The position numbers and the translations under genes were made by a program. From Octopus sinensis (lineage: Eukaryota), in assembly GCF_006345805.1 (NCBI RefSeq), contig NC_043000.1, positions 39,742,001 to 39,806,000 of the forward strand: a stretch of DNA of 64,000 bases, written 5' to 3'. Each line of letters opens with the position of its first letter. Position 1 is the first letter of the stretch. Below, piece by piece: positions 1-10,282 of this stretch. The notes under the pieces are model-generated. The model did no database searches, was not told where the DNA came from, and saw nothing but the letters and a program-made list of their open reading frames with translations.

Positions 1-1273
1 CAGCTCTGACCATCTCGTCGATTCATATTTACCTAACACGTCATTACTACCATTAGTAAACGCAGAATTAGAAAGATATGATGCTGATATTTTGTTTAAT
101 AACACATCCAACCTACACTCACACAGACACACACACACACATACACACACGTATATGCGCGTGAGTCGGTCTACGTGTTTATATGTGTGTCCATCTAATT
201 CTCTGGGCCTACATAATATTCACACATTAAATACAAGAGATTGATTCTATGAATTATGCATAAAACTTTTCAATGAACGCCGATATCATTATAAACTCTA
301 ATTCCGCATTCATCAATTATTAAAAGTTCCCACGTTCAAAATAATCTGAATTAATTTTACACAACTTCGACTTTTATACACAATGAGATCTGTGTATCAC
401 GTAAACACTTCACACCACAGCAAGTTTGGACTGGTACAGCTGAATTCGGTCTAATTAAATAAGTGAATTACATCCGGCTTTTTGTCCGTACAAGGAATGG
501 GTTATGCAAAGGAGCTCAGTATTATGAAAAGGCTAGTACGTTGCTGCTGGGTGGAGAGGAACATGCTTCCTTAAATTGCTTTTACGGTGATCTTCTACAA
601 ATAAATATGGATGTTTTATTTCAAGTATACAGCTTGGTTGATTACATAGTATTAGATTTAGTCCTAAGATATAGAGATGTATATAGATATATACATATAT
701 AATGCAAGTTTGTGTGTGTGTGCGTGTGCGCGAGTGTGTCTTGTTTCAATTTTGGCGGTCCGTTTGACAATATCTGTGGATTACAAGAGTGTAGATAAAT
801 AGAGAAGATCAGTGTAATGTGAAGTAATTGGAAATAATATAAAGTATTTTTAATGTCATGTGAATTTATAAAGCCTCAACATTCTCTGAAAGAATTACTT
901 TCTATAATAGGACCCGAAGTACACGTAAAGACCCTAGGGAAATATGCAAGCATTGAACCGAAAACCGGCTCTCAGAGAATTAGGTGGCAACACTCGGTTA
1001 CCGCGACCCAAAGAAGTTTCCTTAAGCCAACATCATTCCCACGTAATCCTAATTACCATGGAGAACTCGAGAATCACCTAAGAAGATGAATAAAATGTGA
1101 AAGAGATGAACAGAAACGTTAAAATAAAAGAAAGTAAAATTCGATAAAGGATCGATAGCATGGTGTGGAGTTACGATAACAATAGTGAAAGTGAACAAGT
1201 ATTGAAAAATTAAGAATTAACAATAATTGAAATATTAGTGAAGCAAAATGATGTAAATGACTAATTTAAATAA

Positions 1274-1659
1274 AAGGAGCACTCCGTCGGTTACGACGAT
1301 GAGGGTCCCAGCTGATACGATCAACGGAACAACTTGCACGTGGAATTAACGTGCAAGTGGCTGAGCATGCCACAGACACGGGTACCCTTAACGTAGTTCT
1401 CGAGAAGATTCAGCGTGACACAGAGTGTGACAAGGCTGGCCCTTTGAAATACAGGTACAACAGAAACAGGAAGAAAGAGTGAGAGAAAGTTGTGGTGAAA
1501 GAGTACAGCAGGGTTCACCACTACCCCCTGCAGGAGCCTTGTGAAGCTTTAGGTGTTTTCGCTCAATAAACACTCACAATGCCCGGTCTGGGAATCAAAA
1601 CCGCGATCCTACGACTGCGAGTCCGCTGCCCTAACCACTGGGCCATTGCGCCTCCACAA
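1274..1659 (-). mobile_element. tRNA-derived SINE, full length, with 14-bp TSD
   Basis: The minus-strand head TGTGGAGGCGCAATGGCCCAGTGG...GGTTTTGATTCC has Pol III A- and B-box-like motifs. ACTAATTTAAATAA is duplicated at 1260-1273 and 1660-1673. Confidence 0.85.
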
Positions 1660-1770
1660 ACTAATTTAAATAACAAGAATATGAAATGGAAGCAAAATTA
1701 ATGATATGAAAAATAAATATAATTGAAGTATGTAAATAATATGAATATGCACACAGATACATTTACGGAA

Positions 1771-2008
1771 CTATATATATATATATAAATATATGTATGT
1801 GTGTTGTGTGTATGTATGTATGTATGTATGTATGTATACATATATATGTACAAGACACACGCTCACATAAACAAGTTTATATATATATATATATATAAAT
1901 ATATGTATGTGTGTTGTGTGTATGTATGTATGTATGTATGTATGTATACATATATATGTACAAGACACACGCTCACATAAACAAGTTTATATATATATAT
2001 ATATATAT
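1771..2008. repeat. 120-bp tandem duplication of a TA/TATG microsatellite block
   Basis: Sequence at 1801-1890 recurs at 1921-2010 with an exact 120-nt period. Confidence 0.85.
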
Positions 2009-2308
2009 AATAGAAATATTAAAATTACTAAGTCTCTCTAAAAGAGATTACGGCAGCGTTCCTGGAAATTAATAGTTATCGCCATACTAATATGGCATTC
2101 TTATAAAAATAAGAAAAAAGCTGTCCGCTTATTAGCTCCATGAGGCCATCGCCTTAAGTTAGCTATTCGATACACAAACTGTATCCATATAACCTTCGAA
2201 CAAGGGAGGTCAGTCGCTCCACACTACTTGACCGACAGCTACAGACGCGTTTCAGGGTATTTGCCCTTTGTCAATGCAGCGTAGTCAGACCCAGTAGGTG
2301 TCGCTTCT
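2008..2308 (-). mobile_element. Hammerhead-bearing short repeat (retrozyme/Penelope pLTR-like), downstream part of the Tx1 target site
   Basis: 2008 onward is near-identical to 7721-7896. It contains the HHR motif and abuts (TA)n. Confidence 0.75.
2238..2280 (-). ncRNA. Minimal type-I hammerhead ribozyme (U3-A8 core variant)
   Basis: The minus strand reads GCUGCA-UUGACAA-AGGG(CAAAUA)CCCU-GAAA-CGCG-UC^UGUAGC. Stem I has 6 bp, stem II 4 bp, stem III is the palindrome ACGCGU, and the cleavage triplet is GUC. Confidence 0.8.
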
Positions 2309-2535
2309 AAAATCTTTATTATGATTATAAAAATCTTACAGAGATAGTACATTACAATACAAAACATAATTACAAAAAGTTTACGTTGTTCGTTTGATAT
2401 GTTGATTATTGATTATGATACTAGACTTTACTTTTCTCCTTTTTTTTTAAATTAAAAATGATTTTGGCCAGCTAGGTATATCACAGTCAGGATTCTTACC
2501 CGACAGCCTAAGAGCCCAGAGACTATTTTCTCCCT

Positions 2536-5500
2536 TCATGATGACCAAGCAGGGTTACTCACACCCACCTTTTTTATCACATCCTTCCATCGATTCACAT
2601 ACTTTTTCTGTGTCAGGTTCCTCTTCTCTAAATCCATCTTGCTCTTTAGATGGTATCTGAAGTATTTTAACATACCATATCCAGAGACAAAGGATCCTGA
2701 CACCAAACCTTCCAATCTAGTTCTCCACACACACTCTTTCAGTACTGCCACCGTACAGTGAAAACAAGCCTCACCTTCCTTTGAGAGTCCAGCTGGCGGT
2801 ATCATCTTCATTATAGAACCAGCCGATAGCTGTACTCGTCCCAGATGCGACAACACGTGTTCTACGTAACTTATTAAGCCTGAGAGCTCCTGACAATGTA
2901 CAAAAGCGTGCTGGACGGTTTCATCGTCCAACCTACATCTTGGACATGTCGGTGGCACTGACATTCCATGCCTATATAACTTATCGCGAACAGGTAGAGC
3001 ATTCCTATAGCACTGCCAAGTCAGGGATTTTTGGTAATTGTCCAAATACCCCGGCTTGAAAGTCTTCTTAAACAGGTCGGATAGTTGATCCTCATCGAAC
3101 CCCAGAGCCCCTCTTAGGATGTCGTCATTTTTTGCCTCTACCATCCTTCTATAAAATGTCGAGGTGGTATTCCCGCAGCCGGCTTTGCCTATCTTGTGGA
3201 TCAGCCAGAGTGCCTGTCGGCACTCTTTCTGCCATAATGTCAGATTCCGTCTTTTAATGAAACCGGGTTTAAATCTCTCCATAGAGTCCGGTTGCGGGAA
3301 GAAATTATCTGCCAGCGGACTCCACACCTTATCACCTTCCAGGTGAAACCAGAGATGTCTCAGTCTCAGCGCATGCCTGCGCATCATTAACCAAGGTATA
3401 CCCAGCCCACCCTTTAGTGGTTCCTGGCAACACACGGAGCGCCTTACAAGTGGCTTTCCTCCCTTCCACAAAAAGCGGAAAAGGAGTCGATCCAACTTGC
3501 TTAGCCACAAATCGGGGCAAGGCACGACAGTCAGGCGATAGGTGATTACAGATGCTATAAACACCTGTTCCACCTCCGCCCTCCCTTTCAAGGAAAGATG
3601 CCTTCCGGACCACTCCCGAACTATGGCTCCTACCTTGGTCACTACCTCGCTCCAATTTTTCTCCGTCTGGGAGTCTGAACCAAACCAAACTCCAAGCAAT
3701 TTAACAGGACCATCTGTCCAGTGTCCAACAACACTGGACGATATCGGCTTGTTCCTCCAGGTGCCGAGGCGCAAACCGGTGGACTTGTCCTTGCTAACTT
3801 TTGCCCCAGCCACCGCTTCGTATCTTCGGAGAGCACCTTCTACACGAGTTAGTTGTGCTTCGTTGGACACGATGAAGGTGACGTCATCCGCATACGCAGA
3901 AACAGACTTACCGCATCCGATTTCATTAGGATTGCATCTCACCGTCTCCAACTCCCGCAGCAATGGCTCAAGAGCCAAAACGTACAGGAGAGGGGACAAG
4001 GGACATCCTTGACGAACTGAACGCTTAATCGAAAACGGTTCCGTTAAGTAACCGTTTATGTGGACTGTGGACTTGATACCGCTGTACATAGCTGATATCC
4101 ACCCGCGAAAGTCAGGGCCTAGCCCAGCCGCTTCGAGAACCGTCGCCAGGTACTGATGATCTACCCTATCAAATGCTTTACTTTGCCGGCTAATTGCCCA
4201 ACCCTGTCTATAGTGTAGCGTAGAAGGTGAAGATTATCTTCGATCGACCTGCCTGGGATTGCACATGTCTGTGCCTTTCCCACAAGTTTTTCCATGACGA
4301 CCTTCAACCTTTCTGCTAACACCTTGGCCAAAATCTTTAACTCTACATTAAGTAGAGTTATGGGCCTATAATTACTAATATTATCCCCCTTGCTCGGGTC
4401 TTTCTGGATCAGCGTCACAACTCCCCGGCTCACAGAACTGGGAATCCTCCCATTCTGTTGCCAGTTTGCGTAGACGCTTGCCAGTATGTCCCCGAACAAG
4501 TCCGGCATACAACAATAAAACTCATAGGGCAGACCATCCAGTCCCGGCGACTTTTCCCGGGCGCATTCAGCCAAAACCCCTCTTACCTCCGCGGGAGTAA
4601 TCGGTCCTTCACAGCGTTCCGCTCTGCGTGGCAAGAGCCGAGGCCCACCAGCTAGGAAGTTCTGTAAGTCCTCTCCTCGCTCGAGTGGATCGCCCTCCCC
4701 AAACAACCGAGCGAAATGCTGTTGAAAGACCTTCTGTATCTCCTCCTGTCCATAGATTTTGCGTCCCTGTTCGTCAGTTAAAGACTTAGTAGAGGACTTT
4801 TTGCCCTTCTGACTCTCCACATGACGTGCCCATCCGGCATCATTAATACCTTCTCGTTTCACTGCACGTAGCTTAGCTCTGACTCTACATCCTTCATGCT
4901 TGGCATTGAGGTGACGGTACAAGATCGTTCTCTCTGCTAACACTCTAGATGCACAGCCAGATCCCATTGCCTCGTCTAAGTTCTTAACTAAATCGCCCTC
5001 TATTCTAGACCTATCTAAACTTAGCTGGTTGCTAAATCTAGTGGACTCCAAACGGATGGCTCTTTTGAGGGCGATCCACCATCTATTATTAATGATGGTT
5101 CCACATAATGCCCTCTGGACTAATTCCATAATCCGGTTACGGAAAGCTTCACAAGCCAAAATAGACTTGTTCATTTTCCAGTATCCGGGTCCCTGTTTAT
5201 GGCATTTATCTACATGTACCTCACACGTCACTAATTTGTGATCCGTGTAAGGCACAATACAAAATTGTGGACAGCTAATGCTATTCCTATCTCGTTCTTT
5301 AACAAATACCCTATCTATATACGATCTGCGTGAGCCGTCATTGTTACTCCACGTCCACTGTGGAATGCTCGGCTCATCCATTCGAAACCGATCTACTAGA
5401 TTAAAGCTCGTCAGTAGACCCTTGAGGCAAGAATTTCTCCCTTCTATCAGACGAGCCCACACTATCTATCCGCGCATCGATGATAGTGTTGAAATCCCCT

Positions 5501-5907
5501 ACCAATACTACCGTTTTAGACGTCACTAAAAAGTGCTCCAAGTTCCGATAAAAACCAGTCTGCCTACCCTCATTAGGAGCATAAACAGCTACCAACCTGA
5601 AGGACTGCTTACTCACGTGAGTTACATCGAGGACAACCAGCCTACCTTCTGGGTCCATAAAGACAGTACTTACCTGTAAGTCCAAGTTCTTCCTGATAAG
5701 GACTGTCACGCCTGCACTTCCTCCTCGGCTAGGAGAAATAAATTTCTCGTAACCATTGAGAAGATGCGAGAACGCTTGGGTTCCTCTCATTTTGGACTCG
5801 GTGACAATGGCTACATCTATTCTGTGTGTCCTGAGGTCGTCCAGCAAGCAAGCCTGTTTCCATTTCGACCCCATTCCACGCACATTTATACAGCCCAACT
5901 TAATCAT
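2536..5907 (-). pseudogene. Tx1-type ORF2 (EN-RT-CCHC), frameshifted twice
   Basis: Motifs: MIKLGCINVRG, LVGDFN (APE), KSPGLDG, YRPITLL, VRQGCPLSP, AYADD (RT), CPRC...HAFVHC. It is split over ORFs 5401-5907, 4161-5462 and 2536-4089. Confidence 0.92.
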
Positions 5908-5931
5908 CGATGAATGAAGAAAGTTTGTTAC

Positions 5932-7422
5932 TTACGGTTGTGAGAGGGAGCATGGCAGCTTTTGTCTGCCTGCCTCCCCCACACTCTCCGTTGTTGCTGG
6001 GCATTTAACCGGCGTTGCCACCGGGCTCTGGGATGGAGTGGCTGCCGGGCTAATATTCAATTTTCCAGCTATCACCTCTTGTGTGACATCTTTAATCAGG
6101 TTGTCCCTCACGTGTAGTTGGAAGAGTCTCTCCTTCCATTCCTCCTCTCCAACCTTCGCATACCTCCAATCCGGGTTTTTTTCCGATGATTTGAAACATT
6201 TTATGTTTGGTTTCGCTTTTATGTACCAAACTACTCTCTCGTTTTTTGTGTTATAAGCAATGCACCTATCGGTTTTTTTTAATTCTTTTAAAGTTGGGGG
6301 CTGGGGTTTAATGAAATGCTGGCCTACAAAAGTAGTGCCAGCGGGGTGGGATTGGATAATTTTTTTGTGTTGTTCTTCTGCGTTTGTTTTTCTTTTTGTT
6401 TGGGGTGGGGAGTCCGGGGTATTGGATTTCTTCCTTTTGTTGGTTACAGTCGTATATTCCATTACTTCCAGTTCTTTTCCATTTGATAAATTATTTTCCC
6501 CCTCGTTTTCGTTTTCGTTTTGTTTTCCATTCATTTTCTTTTCCTCCTTTTGACTTTCATTTTGCTTTTTCCGGGTATTCTCTTTTGTTGTTGCTGTGAT
6601 GTCTGCTTTGTTCTCCACAGCGGTTTGAATGGGGGCATTAACGGGTTTTTTCTTTTTGCACTCTGAGCGGACGTGACCCTTCTGCCCACATTTGAAACAT
6701 CTGGGCCTACGTCCCTCCACCGATACCCGCATAGTGTGTCCATCCCCCACGAAGACCCTGTCTGGCAAACTCTCCAGCGTTGCATTGTCAGCTTGAACGA
6801 TCATTTCAAGCTGCTGACCTTTCCAAAATTTTGCCTCTTTCATCCTCATGTTTAAAATGTTTAATTTCTCTTCTACGTCGAATACGACCGCTGTTGCTGC
6901 CCACATTACATCGTAACCTGTTGGTATATCCTCTATTGTTACCTTAGCTGTTCTGCGCCCTAAGTACGTGGGCAGCAACAGGATGTCTGCACTCTTCAAC
7001 GTTTGAGTTGAAATTTCCTTCGCTATGCTAGCCGACTCGAAATGCGCTTCAATAGCAGCGCTTCTCACTCCTCGGCCAACATAGCGAACCTTGTTCCAAA
7101 TTGGTGCCATGCACCGTTCTACCAATTCATTTTTTACATCTGCAATCTTTTTTTCCTTAATATTATATACCTTATAAATTACCGTCTTCTCACGGATTGC
7201 TTGTAAGGTGTCAGGGGGCGGTATTATTCTCGTTTCTTCTCCATTCCTTTGTATGAACTTTCTGAACTTGAAGAGATCCCCCATTGCTACTTCCAGTTCT
7301 ATAACATTGCCTCCAACGGCTTCCGAAAAACTTTGTTTCTCCTTTGTATCCTTTTGCTTTCCATTATTTATAACTTCTCCCATCTCGGGAAAATCAGAAT
7401 TTGACGTTAAGTCAAGATCCAT
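5932..7422 (-). CDS. Tx1-type ORF1 protein (RRM-like region plus one CCHC zinc knuckle), open frame
   Basis: First ATG is at 7422 (MDLDLTSNSD). Knuckle CFKCGQKGHVRSEC. Alignable by eye to ORF1 of copy 4. The stop is 24 nt before the ORF2 ATG. Confidence 0.85.
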   Translation of the reverse strand: MDLDLTSNSDFPEMGEVINNGKQKDTKEKQSFSEAVGGNVIELEVAMGDLFKFRKFIQRNGEETRIIPPPDTLQAIREKTVIYKVYNIKEKKIADVKNELVERCMAPIWNKVRYVGRGVRSAAIEAHFESASIAKEISTQTLKSADILLLPTYLGRRTAKVTIEDIPTGYDVMWAATAVVFDVEEKLNILNMRMKEAKFWKGQQLEMIVQADNATLESLPDRVFVGDGHTMRVSVEGRRPRCFKCGQKGHVRSECKKKKPVNAPIQTAVENKADITATTKENTRKKQNESQKEEKKMNGKQNENENEGENNLSNGKELEVMEYTTVTNKRKKSNTPDSPPQTKRKTNAEEQHKKIIQSHPAGTTFVGQHFIKPQPPTLKELKKTDRCIAYNTKNERVVWYIKAKPNIKCFKSSEKNPDWRYAKVGEEEWKERLFQLHVRDNLIKDVTQEVIAGKLNISPAATPSQSPVATPVKCPATTESVGEAGRQKLPCSLSQP

Positions 7423-7640
7423 ATTAAAATGCAAGTGACTTGTCACAAGAGACAAGATAAAAGTTAATTCCACACTGAGTTAATAGTTCATATATAAAAA
7501 GAAATTTTCTACCCCGAAGGGCGAAAATTACTTTGTTCCACAAGTTAATAATCCAAAAACTGTACGTGTAAATCCAGAACAGAACGAACTAACATAACAG
7601 CTTACAGCGTAAAATAATCCGACGTAATCCAAGGAAAAAT

Positions 7641-7896
7641 CAGTAGGTGTCGCTTCTGACTATCTCTGTTCGAAGGTTTTATTTACCTAGTTTCTGTGGA
7701 ATACATCCACTTGTTTTCAATAATAGAAATATTAAAATTACTAAGTCTCTCTAAAAGAGATTACGGCAGCGTTCCTGGAAATTAATAGTTATCGCCATAC
7801 TAATATGGCATTCTTATAAACATAAGAAAACAATTGTCCGCTTATTAGCTCCAGGAGGCCATCGCCTTAAGTTAGCTATTCGATACACAAACTGTA
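7641..7896 (-). mobile_element. Upstream part of the same HHR-repeat tandem (Tx1 target site)
   Basis: TSD, then 63 nt, then a near-identical copy of the sequence starting at 2008. Confidence 0.8.
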
Positions 7897-8060
7897 GCTG
7901 TCGGTCAAGGAGTGTGGAGCGACTGACCTCCCTTGTTCGAAGGTTATATGGATACAGTTTGTGTATCGAATAGCTAACTTAAGGCGATGGCCTCATGGAG
8001 CTAATAAGCGGACAGCTTTTTTCTTATTTTTATAAGATTGCCATATTAGTACGGCGATAA

Positions 8061-8061
<1 letters not shown>
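7893..8061 (+). repeat. Inverted partial copy of the HHR repeat, forming a long hairpin with ~7785-7896
   Basis: Reverse complement of ~2075-2243. It starts TGTAGCTGTCGG and ends at (TA)n. Confidence 0.85.
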
Positions 8062-8107
<46 letters not shown>

Positions 8108-8155
8108 ATATATGTACAGTAGTTACATGTGTGTATATATATATATACATATGTA

Positions 8156-8573
8156 GGCGCAGGAGTGCCTCTGTTGTAAGTAGCCTGCTTACCAACAACA
8201 TAGGTCCGGATTCAGTCCCACAGCGTGGCACCTTGGGCAAGTGTCTTGTACTATAGCCTCGAGCCGACCAAAGCCTTGTGAGTGGATTTGGTACACTGAA
8301 ACTGAAAGAAGCCCGTCGTGTATATATATATATATATATATATATTTGTATGTATGTATGTATGTGTGTGTGTTTGTGTGTCGATGTTTGTCCCCCAGCA
8401 ATTGCTTGGCAATCGATGTTGGTGTGTTTACGTCCCCGTAACTTAGTGGTTCTGCCAAAGAGACTGATATAATAAGTACTAGACTTACAAAGAATACGTC
8501 CTGAGCTCGATTTGTTCGATTATGGGCGGTGCTCCAGCATGGCTGCAATCAAATGACTGAAACAAATAAAAGA
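8156..8573 (+). mobile_element. tRNA-derived SINE with internal TA/TG microsatellite
   Basis: Head GGCGCAGGAGTG...GGATTCAGTCCC, 3' end CAAATGACTGAAACAA. The same family occurs at 25637, 33343 and 39330. Confidence 0.85.
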
Positions 8574-8613
8574 ATGAATATATATATATTTAAATATACA
8601 TATATATGTATGC

Positions 8614-8695
<82 letters not shown>

Positions 8696-8702
8696 TATTA
8701 TG

Positions 8703-8736
<34 letters not shown>

Positions 8737-8761
8737 TGTATGTATGATATATATATAATAT

Positions 8762-8823
<62 letters not shown>

Positions 8824-9196
8824 TAGAAGAAATGAGGTAATCAGAAGATCGGATGGTTTATATTTACAGATATTTATTTATACATTACATTTTTTATATA
8901 TATATCATATCACTTAGATCATTAGCGCTTTCTCCCATTCTAGTGGGATTTTCAAATCAAAATAAGTTCCTTTGTGGGGAATTTTAATCATTTTATAGAG
9001 TTTCGTAGTGGTGGGGGAGGAATATAAGACAGTACAAGAGGGTGAGGTGGATGAGGAGAAAGTGAGAGAGAGAACATGTGTGTATGTGTATGTGTATGTG
9101 TGTGTGTGTGTGTTTGTATCTGAGGTGAGTGCTAAAGAGAAAGAGGGGAAGGGAGAGAGAAGAAGAAGGAAAGAATTCTTTTGGTCTGCTGGGCAG

Positions 9197-9371
9197 AATA
9201 TTGACTCCAAGGGGGCTCTAAGAATTTCAGCTTTGACCACTTCACAGTGTCACTGAGTGTGTGGTGGCGGGGAGGTAGGCCATAATATTGACTCCAAGGG
9301 TGTTCTAAGAATTTCAGCTTTGACCACTTCACAGTGTCACTGAGTGTGTGGTGGCGGGGAGGTAGGCCATA
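9197..9371. repeat. 87-bp tandem duplication
   Basis: AATATTGACTCCAAGGG...GGTAGGCCAT starts at 9197 and again at 9284. Confidence 0.85.
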
Positions 9372-10039
9372 AATTATATTTCCTTTTATCATTGTGAGAA
9401 TGGTCAAATGCTTTTTGGGGTTTAAGAATTCTTTCCACTTTTTATGATCGTTTTGTGGATGTGTGTGTGTGTGTCTGTGTGTGTGTCTGTATGTGTGTGT
9501 CTGTGTGTGTCCGTGTGTGTTTGTGTGTGTGTGTGCGTGTGTGTGTGCGTGTGTCTGTGTGTTTGGAGAAGGGGAGAGAGACAAAAAAAGAAAAAGAAAA
9601 ATAAGGGAGGAAGGGGAAAAATTGTGTTGATATTTATACCACTATATACATATACACGCTTATACATGAAATATTTGAAAAAAAAACTTTTATCGGTTCA
9701 AAATGAACAACTAAATTACACCATCTTGAAATTTTATATCATAGGAAAGTTAAAATTAAAGTGACAATTAAAAAGTAAAGATGAAGTAAATTATAAAAAT
9801 ATTATAATGTATATAACATGCAATACATATATATACACATACACACATATATATATACATATACAGACATATACTAAATGTTCTACTATATCAGATTGTA
9901 AATCGAAAGATGTGTCCTTCAATGTCACTATATATACATGCTTATACATGAAATATTAGAAAAAAACACCTTCTATCGATTCAAAATGAACAATCAAATT
10001 ACACCATCATTGCACCATATATATATATAGAGAGAGAGA

Positions 10040-10282
10040 GAGGGAGGAGTGTGGTTGTATACTGTCAACTTAAAGTAACAGTAAGGGAACTACACCACCG
10101 CTGTTTAGCCCTATGAAACACCGACGCTTCCTGTCGACCTCGACACATTTCCTGTGTCCTTATATATTTACGAAGGGGAGACAACTACCCCCAACAGCTA
10201 GGCCTGCATCTAGAGACACGCATGTTTCAGGGTCTTTGCCCATCATCGATCTAGAGTAGCAGAGGCCTGCTAGCTGAATATG
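10040..10282 (-). mobile_element. Second, different hammerhead-bearing repeat remnant, flanking the 3' end of Tx1 copy 2
   Basis: Contains an HHR-like motif, ends in (GA)n/(TA)n, and its body is unlike the 2008-2308 repeat. Confidence 0.55.
10210..10254 (-). ncRNA. Degenerate minimal type-I hammerhead ribozyme
   Basis: The minus strand reads CUAGA-UCGAUGA-UGGG(CAAAGA)CCCU-GAAA-CAUGCGUG-UC^UCUAG. Stems I and III pair, but core positions 3/4 and the first stem-II pair deviate. Confidence 0.6.

Larger units (their letters stand above)
2309..7640 (-). mobile_element. Full-length Tx1/L1-clade non-LTR retrotransposon (copy 1) with 17-bp TSD
   Basis: It carries ORF1 and ORF2 (APE endonuclease, RT, C-terminal CCHC). 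TSD CAGTAGGTGTCGCTTCT lies at 2292-2308 and 7641-7657. The 3' end has AATAAAGATTTT. Confidence 0.93.

Noticed and set aside
463-1089. Short ORFs at the window start
   Set aside because: No homology cues or codon structure; lengths expected by chance.
2238-2308. HHR as an integral 3' part of the LINE
   Set aside because: The 17-bp TSD places the boundary at 2309, and the host repeat continues on the other side of the element.
3164-6855. Plus-strand and alternative-frame ORFs overlapping the Tx1 elements
   Set aside because: Antisense shadows of ORF1/ORF2 with no recognisable motifs.
8156-8230. tRNA gene calls for SINE heads (also 1590-1659, 33343, 39330)
   Set aside because: A/B boxes only, no complete cloverleaf, and each continues into a SINE body.
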